From assembly GCA_965371515.1 (NCBI GenBank), contig CBDUYR010000060.1, positions 1 through 14,837 on the forward strand: a DNA stretch of 14,837 nucleotides. Direction: 5' to 3'. Below, in pieces: positions 7,116 to 14,181 of the stretch (the first letter of the stretch is position 1; each line of letters starts with the position of its first letter). A program made the position numbers and the translations under genes. The stretch comes from an uncultured bacterium. Lineage in GTDB: Bacteria > Krumholzibacteriota > Krumholzibacteriia > Krumholzibacteriales > Krumholzibacteriaceae. The notes under the pieces were generated by a model. The model was not told the origin of the DNA. It saw only the letters and a list, made by a program, of their open reading frames with translations, and searched no databases.

Positions 7116-8711
7116 CTAGAAGTTCCAGTTCGCTATCGGCAGGATCTTCCTCCAGCCCTCGTTGTTCCTGGCGATGTTGATGATGCCGATCTGGAGTCCG
7201 TTGAGACTCTCCGCGATATTGACTATTCCTATCGTGAACCCGTGCTGGTACTCCCCGAAGTTGTTCACAACGCTCGCCGAGAAGCCGTGCAGCTGGTCGG
7301 CGTCGACGAACGCGATCGCCATGGACGCTCCCGTGATGCTTCCCGCGCGGACGTCCACGCCAGCCACGGTCAGGCCGACCGCTCTGTCGTGGATCTTGAT
7401 GTCGATGCCGTGGAGGGTGAGCAGCCCCGCGTTCTCCGCTCGGATGCCGTAGTAGCCGAGCTCGGCGCCTTTCTCAGCCTCGAAGCCTTGCCATGTGAGC
7501 ATACCGATGACGCCGATGTTTATCCCGAACAGGTCCTCGCCGGCATTGATGCCGCCGATGCCCGTTGAAATACCCGATATGTTCTCCTCGGAGAGAACAG
7601 TGAGTCCGCCGAACGTGACGCCCGAAATCCCTTCTGCTCCAACGACCGCCAGGCCGCCGAATGAGATACCCTTCAGCTCCTCTGCTGAAACGTTCGCCAG
7701 GAGGGAGAGGTTGATGCCGGTCATGTTGCCGTCGGCGACGTTGGCCAGACCTCCGAATGTGATTCCCGCCACGTTCCCGTCGCATACATTGGCCAGTCCG
7801 CCGAACGTGATGCCCGTGACATCCCCGTCGGCGACATTCGCAAGGCCTCCGAACGAGATCCCTGTTATCCTGCCGCCTGATACGTTTGCCAGGCCTCCGA
7901 ACGAGATCCCGGTCGTCTGGTCCCCTGATACGTTGGCCAAGCCGCCGAACATGATGCCGGAGGTCCCGTCGCCCGATACGTTTGCCAGCAGACTCAGCGA
8001 TATCCCCGACATCGTGCCTTCGGTCACGTTGGCAAGGCCGCCGATCGTGATGCCGTGCGTGCTTCCGTTGATCACGTTGGCGAGACCGCCGACCGTGATA
8101 CCTTTCATCTCGCCGTTCGATACGTTGGCGAGGAGGCTCGCTGTGACGCCGTACATTCCGCCGTCGGTGACGTTGGCCAAGAGGCTCAGGCCGATTCCGC
8201 GGAGCTCCCCGCCCGAGACGTTGGCCAGGCCGGCGAGGCTGATCCCATACATGTTGTCGCCTGTGACGTTCGCCAGGCCGGCGACCGAGATGCCCCGGGT
8301 GATACCTGTATTTGTAACTGCCAGCAGGGCGAGGGCGACGCCGTTGATGTATTCGTCCGCCTCGACCGCAAGGATACCGACGGACAGGCCGTCGAGGGTC
8401 GCCGCGCGCGGGCTGAAGAAGCCGAACTGAAGCCCCGAAATCCGGCCATCAAAGCTCTCGCCGGGCTTCCAGAAGGTTATGTTTACTCCGATGACCTCCT
8501 CGACACCCCGGTCCTTCCAGTTGAACCTCAGGCCGCGCAGGCGGGCGGAGTTTCCGAATCCGATGCCGTATCCGTTTACCTGAAGGTCGAAGCTCGTGTG
8601 CTTCACCTCGTCCTCGTCGATGTCGAATGCCGCGGCGGGGGTGGATAGAGGTACAATCAGGAGGGGAGTAAGCAGTAATAGCACTGACAACAGCGAAAAT
8701 CGATGTAGCAT
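7116..8711 (-). CDS. Exported LA_2272-like surface repeat (beta-solenoid) protein
   Basis: Signal peptide ends in AAA-F. 13 tandem 16-aa repeats G(I/V)xxxxLANVxxxxxx plus degenerate flanking units. C-terminus is LNGLQIGIINIARN...ILPIANWNF. Start 8711 (AAAGG upstream) is preferred over 8735. Confidence 0.85.
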   Translation of the reverse strand: MLHRFSLLSVLLLLTPLLIVPLSTPAAAFDIDEDEVKHTSFDLQVNGYGIGFGNSARLRGLRFNWKDRGVEEVIGVNITFWKPGESFDGRISGLQFGFFSPRAATLDGLSVGILAVEADEYINGVALALLAVTNTGITRGISVAGLANVTGDNMYGISLAGLANVSGGELRGIGLSLLANVTDGGMYGVTASLLANVSNGEMKGITVGGLANVINGSTHGITIGGLANVTEGTMSGISLSLLANVSGDGTSGIMFGGLANVSGDQTTGISFGGLANVSGGRITGISFGGLANVADGDVTGITFGGLANVCDGNVAGITFGGLANVADGNMTGINLSLLANVSAEELKGISFGGLAVVGAEGISGVTFGGLTVLSEENISGISTGIGGINAGEDLFGINIGVIGMLTWQGFEAEKGAELGYYGIRAENAGLLTLHGIDIKIHDRAVGLTVAGVDVRAGSITGASMAIAFVDADQLHGFSASVVNNFGEYQHGFTIGIVNIAESLNGLQIGIINIARNNEGWRKILPIANWNF

Positions 8712-8878
8712 CCGGAACGCCTTTCGATAAGTCATTTATAGCCAGTTGAACACCAAGGCCACATATCGGGGGCCTGTAAATTAATACGAAGCGTCGGTGA
8801 GGATGTTGCAAAGGATTCAGTGCTTTTCGACAGCTTTCGGATGGACAACATCCGCCCTAGTCGACAATCCCTAGATTA

Positions 8879-9454
8879 CTATATTTCGAGAGCAAGAGGA
8901 AGACCGTGAAGAATGCCGTCACAACTATTCTTGATGATAATTGGCATTTCAGAATCCAAGCGCGGCGCTAGTTGCATGCCTCTATCCGGGATGTCACAGA
9001 ATGGCGATGGCTGCTCATAAAGAGTATTCATTACAGAGGCCTCAATGCGTTCACATAATCGAGACGCTGTCTCTACATTTGCTACAAATATGCGAAGGCC
9101 TTCGAGTTGCTTACGAGCGGCATCAAGGATTGTAGATTTTTGTTCCTCGAATTCTGATCTGTGCTTTCGCGCATAGCCCCATCCATGCCATATCTCTTTT
9201 CGGATTCCCCGTTGGGCGGCGTCAATATCCAGAACTGTATATTCGCCATTCATGTATTTTCGAGTATGCTCATTAAAACGCACAGGAATGGGCCGGCGCG
9301 TTATTCCGGCAGCATATATAAGGTAGCCATCTTGATATTCAAAGGTCTGCAGATAAACGCCAGTAAGGCTGGGAATAGGGTCCAAGTTGTTCTGATTCTC
9401 ATAGGAAGGCCACCCAAAAGGACCATTCCATATGACTTCGATTGTCGTTTCCAT
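8879..9454 (-). CDS. Hypothetical protein with a GIY-YIG-like nuclease signature
   Basis: GVY-x12-YAAGIT...VRFNEH and a distal RIEASVM helix. The DNA is AT-richer than the flanks. The start at 9454 is uncertain, with no clear RBS. Confidence 0.6.
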   Translation of the reverse strand: METTIEVIWNGPFGWPSYENQNNLDPIPSLTGVYLQTFEYQDGYLIYAAGITRRPIPVRFNEHTRKYMNGEYTVLDIDAAQRGIRKEIWHGWGYARKHRSEFEEQKSTILDAARKQLEGLRIFVANVETASRLCERIEASVMNTLYEQPSPFCDIPDRGMQLAPRLDSEMPIIIKNSCDGILHGLPLALEI

Positions 9455-9552
9455 AATCAAATATCTTATACGTTTAGTTATTGTGTCAGCCAGGGGATCA
9501 GGGCGCCGCGATAAATACATGCACGCATGATAGTATCCTCTTCATGCCATTA

Positions 9553-9783
9553 TTATGGCTGTCGTGACGTGTATTCATCAAGGAGTCTTCTGATCATTTT
9601 CTGGTATTGGGTATTATATTTTTTCGCCTCTTTTTTAAAAAACTCCACACTGGCTTTACTGAGTGAAATCGTGACCTTGACGGTTTCGTCTTTCAGGACC
9701 AGTTCTTCAGGTGAAGGAAGGAAGTCAGAAACTGCCTTCACTTTTCCAATAGGCTCATCCGAATACTTAATTTTCTTTTTCAT
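9553..9783 (-). CDS. brnA: BrnA/CopG-like ribbon-helix-helix antitoxin
   Basis: DFLPSPEEL...VKVTISLSKASVEFFKKEA...YQKMIRRLLDEY. Its start overlaps the 3' end of the brnT-like gene. Confidence 0.85.
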   Translation of the reverse strand: MKKKIKYSDEPIGKVKAVSDFLPSPEELVLKDETVKVTISLSKASVEFFKKEAKKYNTQYQKMIRRLLDEYTSRQP

Positions 9784-9953
9784 AAATCATCTTTCCTTTC
9801 CGCCAATAACCGGCGCCTATGATCCTGATTCTCCAAGATGACACGCTTGCGATCAAGAAAAGCAAGTTGTGCCAGGGCAAAAGATACACCATGCTTCTTT
9901 TGATTCAACTTGTCCTTGGCGGAATCCCACTCAAAATCAGAACGTCTTTTCAT
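9767..9953 (-). pseudogene. brnT: BrnT-family toxin with an internal deletion and frameshift
   Basis: The N-terminal frame MKRRSDFEWDSAKDKLNQKKHGVSFALAQLAFLDRKRVILE is joined at about 9830, in another frame, to IRIIGAGYWRKGKMIYEKEN*. The central segment of the roughly 90-aa family fold is absent. Confidence 0.85.
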
Positions 9954-9959
9954 ACGAAT

Positions 9960-9988
9960 AGTATACAGCAGGACTAGATGCGCGTCAA
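9960..9988 (-). promoter_or_regulatory. Sigma70 promoter of the brnT-brnA operon, probably leaderless
   Basis: TTGACG (9988-9983)-N17-TATACT (9965-9960). Only 6 nt separate the -10 box from the ATG at 9953, and there is no RBS. Confidence 0.75.
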
Positions 9989-10015
9989 TATAATTATATG
10001 GCTATATATATGGCT
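9988..10015. promoter_or_regulatory. Candidate antitoxin operator
   Basis: Perfect palindrome ATATAATTATAT (9988-9999) abutting the -35 box, and direct repeats TATATGGCT at 9995-10003 and 10007-10015. Confidence 0.45.
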
Positions 10016-10028
10016 GTTGGATCTTGTC

Positions 10029-10478
10029 TCACTCGTTTTCTCTCTCGATGATATCCTCAAGTATCTCTGACGCCTCACGCACGAATCCAGCACAACGCTT
10101 CCCCAGCTCTGGCTCGTTCGCAAACCGCTGTGACGCCTCAGGTGCCCCAAGTTCGAATCCGAACAGATCCCTGCAGGCGGTCATCTCAAACCTATTGTTG
10201 AATTCTTCGACGAATTCATGAACGAGGCGATAGTTCTTCTCCTTTGCTGCCTTGTCGTCCGCGACGATGCATCCGAATTTCAGCCTGAGGACCATCATGC
10301 CGCCTGTCAACTGAGAGCCCTCCATAACCTTCCCCTTGCCATCCTCAGCGACAGCCCACTCGGCGACGTTGGACATCAGATATGGGACCTTATCGGGAGT
10401 CAGAGCATACCCGGCCCACCAGTCGGCGTTGTTCTCGCTGGAGGCGTTTCCGGCCGAAGCGGAGATCAACTTCTCCAT
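10029..10478 (-). pseudogene. Chimeric ORF: unrelated 5' fragment fused in frame to the 3' 92 codons of a C-GCAxxG-C-C paralog
   Basis: 10029-10307 is colinear with 13729-14007 (71 of 92 aa identical). It lacks CSQSV and the CGAV of CGAVTG. The 5' part (NNADWWAGYALTPDKVPYLMSNVAEW...) is unrelated. Start uncertain. Confidence 0.7.
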
Positions 10479-10487
10479 CAATATAAA

Positions 10488-10642
10488 CTGTCTCACTGTC
10501 TCATCGTGATACAACTTCCTTGAGACAGATATTTAAAGCAGTTAGAGGAATCAGACCCGAAAAGTGTCTCACGGGAGTGTCTCATGGGACACCTTTCGTC
10601 GCCGGCCGGTTACCCGCAATAGCGCCGCACAGCGTTGTATCA
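10488..10642. promoter_or_regulatory. TGTCTCA heptamer array, candidate activator-binding region
   Basis: Exact TGTCTCA at 10489, 10497, 10565 and 10578, and inverted at 10521. One-mismatch copies at 10507 (inverted), 10585 (inverted) and 10636. Confidence 0.65.
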
Positions 10643-10726
10643 TCATCAGCACATCTCGTTATAGTGCAGAAGGTTACAGTCCGGCATAGCCGCTGCCGGG
10701 ACTGATTTTCAGCTCTCCGTCCAGCA

Positions 10727-10742
10727 TGGCACATATCGTGAT
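10727..10742 (+). promoter_or_regulatory. Candidate sigma54 promoter with a non-canonical -12 box
   Basis: TGGCACATATCGTGAT: perfect TGGCAC at -24, but the -12 box reads GTGA instead of TTGC. About 48 nt upstream of the ATG at 10790. Confidence 0.35.
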
Positions 10743-10789
10743 TATAGATATTGCAGGGGAACGGTTCCTGTATGTATCAAGGAGGAGTC

Positions 10790-11479
10790 ATGAAAGAAGC
10801 AATAATCGCTGTCATGATGATTGCAGGCCTTTTCGCGTCGATCGAACTTAAGGGGCAGGATACCGGTGCGCTCATCATCAATCCGAGAATAAGCGGATTT
10901 TCATACGCCCCATTCAAAGGAGGCGGGATTGTTCGTAGAGATACCTGTGAAACTCCTCCTCCAGAAACAACCCACTGGGATTCGATGATCGAAGGGGTCG
11001 AGATACCCGATCTGCCTTCAGGCGCCCTTATCAAGGGGATGGTTCCTGATCCCTCGAGGGCGTGGGCCGTGGCCGTTACTCATGACGAGGAGGAGTTCCG
11101 GCGGGCCCTGCCGGACTACCGCAGGCTGCTCGCCGAAGGCAAGTGGAGAGAAGCTAAGGAAGTGCTCCACATCAGCAGAAGCATCAATGTCTCGACGAAG
11201 GTCGAGCAGTTCCGCGACCGGGAAAAGCTCGGTGAACTTCCGGAAAAGGTCGGAACGTTCTTTTTCTCTTTACACACGCTTGAGTTCAAGAAGTATGGAG
11301 GATGCCTGACGTTTCTCACTTTCACCCCCGACCCCGATAATCCTGTCGTCGGGATCGGTAATGATATCGGGGAGACGATCCATGGAGTTCTTCAGGTGGA
11401 GACGACGGAAGGCGATCATGGATTCAAGTATGGGTACGCAATGAAGATCATCAAGGCCGAAATAATCGAGTCCGAATAG
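10790..11479 (+). CDS. Hypothetical exported protein
   Basis: ATG at 10790 after a strong AAGGAGGAG. Signal-like N-terminus MKEAIIAVMMIAGLFAS. No family recognised. Confidence 0.75.
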   Translation: MKEAIIAVMMIAGLFASIELKGQDTGALIINPRISGFSYAPFKGGGIVRRDTCETPPPETTHWDSMIEGVEIPDLPSGALIKGMVPDPSRAWAVAVTHDEEEFRRALPDYRRLLAEGKWREAKEVLHISRSINVSTKVEQFRDREKLGELPEKVGTFFFSLHTLEFKKYGGCLTFLTFTPDPDNPVVGIGNDIGETIHGVLQVETTEGDHGFKYGYAMKIIKAEIIESE

Positions 11480-11538
11480 TTGGCTTAAGAGAGAATTTGC
11501 AGAAAAGATGGTGCATGATCTTATTCGATCGAGCCGAC

Positions 11539-12663
11539 TCAACGGGCGGCGGATTCGAGGATCTCTATAGCCCTGTCGATCACGGCGTCTACACCTGCGT
11601 CGACGTCGGCCCTGGTCGCCATCACCTGGATATCGGGTGGGATCCCGATTCCTTCGTAGCACACACCATCGATCGCCAAAGTGAGCTCCGGTGACAATGT
11701 GAATTCCCACCCGTTCGGCAATATTTTCTTCGCGATGCCTCCGTGAACGCCCATGGTAGTGTCTCCGACGACGGTAGCCAGAGGCAGAACCTTTGCGCCC
11801 ATCGTGAAGTGCTCGGCCGCGCTTGCCGACAATCTGCTTGTAAGCACTGCCACGGGGATGTCGCCGATCGCGTTGTCGGTCGGCGACAGGTAATTTGTTT
11901 CCGGAACGGTGAAGTCACCGTGATCCGGGCCGTTTCGGTATCTGCTGACGGAGTATGCGCGTTCCCGGTCAGTGAAACGGTCGATGAGAGCGCCCGATGT
12001 GCCGGATGAACCACCCCCGTTGATGCGAATGTCTATTATGACACCGTCATAATCAGTGAAAGCCTTTACCACCGAGTCGTAATACGATGTGGGCTCTTCA
12101 GCCAGACCAAAGGTGCTGACAAAGAGATAACCCAATCTAAGGCTGGTGTGATCGGGGCTGATGGTGCCGTACCAGGAGAAATACGCCGGCAGATCATAAT
12201 CAGTGCATCCAACGTAAACCGAGTCGAGGTATTCGTAGACCGCGTTGTAGATCAGAGCGGTCTTGTCGCTGCGCAGGCTGTCCGGATCCGAGTCCGAAAA
12301 GAGGGGTTTCTCCTTCTCGGAGCCGGAACTGAATAAGGGGAACCCCGACGCAAGCAGCGATACGTGTTCGTCCTGCAGGTGCGCGAGAAGCCCAGTCATC
12401 GCTTCATATAGTTCGGCATCCGTCGAACCGTCATTGACGAGGGGCCGGTGGATCGAATAGAGGGAGTCCCAGTCCACGTGGCGCACCTCGAATAACGCGT
12501 AGTAACGGTCGAATTCATTCCAAGCGGCGTCGAAGTTGCCAACGGGATCGTTTTCAAACTCGACGTCGAGCAGACGATCCGCGCAGGCGCTGATAAAAAG
12601 CGCAATGGCCGTAACAAACAATATCGCCAGTATTAGTCTACCGGGCAGATGCTTTGATGGCAT
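11539..12663 (-). CDS. S41-family peptidase lipoprotein (tricorn C1-like domain plus Peptidase_S41)
   Basis: Lipobox ISA-C. Motifs NFDAAWNEFDRYYALF...VDW, LQDEHV, IIDIRINGGG, TSRLSASAAEHF (catalytic Ser), VVGDTTMG, LPNGW and EGIGIPPD. Confidence 0.92.
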   Translation of the reverse strand: MPSKHLPGRLILAILFVTAIALFISACADRLLDVEFENDPVGNFDAAWNEFDRYYALFEVRHVDWDSLYSIHRPLVNDGSTDAELYEAMTGLLAHLQDEHVSLLASGFPLFSSGSEKEKPLFSDSDPDSLRSDKTALIYNAVYEYLDSVYVGCTDYDLPAYFSWYGTISPDHTSLRLGYLFVSTFGLAEEPTSYYDSVVKAFTDYDGVIIDIRINGGGSSGTSGALIDRFTDRERAYSVSRYRNGPDHGDFTVPETNYLSPTDNAIGDIPVAVLTSRLSASAAEHFTMGAKVLPLATVVGDTTMGVHGGIAKKILPNGWEFTLSPELTLAIDGVCYEGIGIPPDIQVMATRADVDAGVDAVIDRAIEILESAAR

Positions 12664-13540
12664 ATTTGATTCCCAGGCTGAATGTGTGTGATACATGCCT
12701 CAGGTCGCGTGGCTCGGACACCCGTTGATGCTGGAAACGGTAGTACGCTTCCATGCCGAACGATTTGTGAAACCACAGTTCGTAGGACAATTGCGCCGAC
12801 CAGCGCATGAAATCCGCGGGGAACATCCATGTGTATTTATCGGAAAACGAATTTGCGATTTCCCTGTGTACAATCGGGGAAGAGTACTGGGGCCTGTATG
12901 CCAGGGAGAGCAAGGTAAAACGAAGACAGAGGGAAAGGCGGTCGGATTCCCGGAAGCGGCGGTCGATCTCTCCAGCCAGGGCCAGTGAGAAATCATATAA
13001 CCAGGTTTTGTCTTTTCTCCACTCGAATTCATCCCCCCAGTGGTCGATGTTTGAGAGCTCATCAGTATAAAATCCTGCTCTGCCTCCGAGATGAAACGCG
13101 GATTTGCCCTGTTCGAGCGTGGATATGCTTCTCAAGTATTCATATTCCGCACTGAAATGCGAGCCATCCAATTGATGGAGGCTTCGAGGAAACGTATAAA
13201 CGTCCCCCTCGGGATACAACAATTCGAAATCGTCTCCGGCGGCCAGGTCCTTCAAACCGGCGGTGTAGAACCCGAAACTTATGAAACCGGCGTGTCTCCG
13301 GACGTCGTTCGTGTTGCGGTAAGAGAATTCGAATAGCGGCGAAGAGCTCGTATATACCACCGGGGTGATTACGTCGTCGATGAAACGATTGTGATAGAGA
13401 GCGGTGTTAAAGCCTATGGTATTAGGACGGGTGTATTTTGCGACGATCTCCTCGCTTCTCGCGTCATCCGCCGCGAGGATGAAGAGAAAGCGAACTGTTG
13501 CCAGGACGGCTGCCGTTCGCGAAACACATCTCCAGTTCAT
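12638..13540 (-). CDS. Probable outer-membrane beta-barrel protein (DUF3316-like)
   Basis: N-terminal signal-like segment and alternating aromatic beta-strands. DDVITPVVYTS resembles the DxxxSPLxYxG motif, and the C-terminal strand is HTFSLGIKY. Overlaps the S41 start by 26 bp. Confidence 0.7.
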   Translation of the reverse strand: MNWRCVSRTAAVLATVRFLFILAADDARSEEIVAKYTRPNTIGFNTALYHNRFIDDVITPVVYTSSSPLFEFSYRNTNDVRRHAGFISFGFYTAGLKDLAAGDDFELLYPEGDVYTFPRSLHQLDGSHFSAEYEYLRSISTLEQGKSAFHLGGRAGFYTDELSNIDHWGDEFEWRKDKTWLYDFSLALAGEIDRRFRESDRLSLCLRFTLLSLAYRPQYSSPIVHREIANSFSDKYTWMFPADFMRWSAQLSYELWFHKSFGMEAYYRFQHQRVSEPRDLRHVSHTFSLGIKYAIKASAR

Positions 13541-13596
13541 ATAGTGCCGGCCCTCATTTTCCCATCTTCTTTAAGGGTTGATGTGCCGTTATCCTA

Positions 13597-13725
13597 TCAG
13601 ACATTCGAATTCCCAACATACTTTTCAATACCAATTATCTCGTCAATTTTATTCTCTAACCTGTACAGTTTTTTAGGAAAACTGTCGGCTCCATGATAGT
13701 TGTCAATATTTCGAGATAGCTTCAT
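13597..13725 (-). pseudogene. 42-aa ORF resembling the C-terminal end of DUF6438-type proteins
   Basis: MKLSRNIDNYHGADSFPKKLYRLENKIDEIIGIEKYVGNSNV*. The ATG is 3 nt after the stop of the upstream gene. AT-rich. The family resemblance is from memory of the NY.G...P..L..LE..ID.I.G motif. Confidence 0.5.
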
Positions 13726-13728
13726 TTC

Positions 13729-14181
13729 TCACCCACCTTCCCTCTCGATTATCTCTTCGAGTATATCCGACGCCTCCAGGACGAACCTTGCGCACCGCTC
13801 CTCCAACTCGGGCTCGTTAGCAAACCGCTGCGAGGCCTCAGGAGAACCAGGATCGAATCCTAGCAGATCTCTGCACATATTGTGTTCAAATCGTTCGTTG
13901 AATCTTTCGACAAATTCATGGACCAATCGGTAGTTCTTCTCTTTCGCCTCTTTGTCATCCGCAACAGTGCGCCCGAACTTCAGGCCCAGGACCATCATGC
14001 CTCCTGTAACTGCACCGCATGTATCGCCCATTCGTGCCATTCCTGCCCCGAAGCTTGAAGCGATTCGCAACGCTGTGTCCAGATCGATTCCCTCAGCTTC
14101 GGCGAAGGCTGAGAAAACCGACTGGGAACATGAGAATCCCTCGAGGAATCTCTTCTCGGCTGTTTCGGCTATCTTTCCCAT
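13729..14181 (-). CDS. C-GCAxxG-C-C family putative redox-active protein
   Basis: ATG at 14181 after AAAAGGAG. Motifs GFSCSQSV, FGAGMARMGDTCGAVTGG, CRDLLG and a terminal RC. Confidence 0.92.
   Translation of the reverse strand: MGKIAETAEKRFLEGFSCSQSVFSAFAEAEGIDLDTALRIASSFGAGMARMGDTCGAVTGGMMVLGLKFGRTVADDKEAKEKNYRLVHEFVERFNERFEHNMCRDLLGFDPGSPEASQRFANEPELEERCARFVLEASDILEEIIEREGG

Noticed and set aside
5667..7189. DGR template/variable repeat pair (5670-5738 versus 7119-7187)
   Set aside because: Mismatches are not adenine-specific on either strand (GCG/GCC, AAC/AAT, ATC/AGC), and there is no reverse transcriptase in the window.
7495..8430. 311-aa plus-strand ORF with regular repeats
   Set aside because: Antisense shadow of the 16-aa repeat gene. 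Its periodicity derives from the real minus-strand protein.
9455..9480. attC relic (AACTAAACGT on the minus strand) before the GIY-YIG-like ORF
   Set aside because: There is no GTTRRRY core and no complementary arm. The resemblance is too short to support.
9478..9528. 16-aa ORF MRACIYRGALIPWLTQ with GAGGA upstream (minus strand)
   Set aside because: Too short, with no recognisable homology. It could be chance or another remnant, so it cannot be supported.
10479..10514. TTG start at 10514 for the chimeric ORF
   Set aside because: The SD-like AAGGA is only 2 nt away, and the codons coincide with the TGTCTCA motif array.
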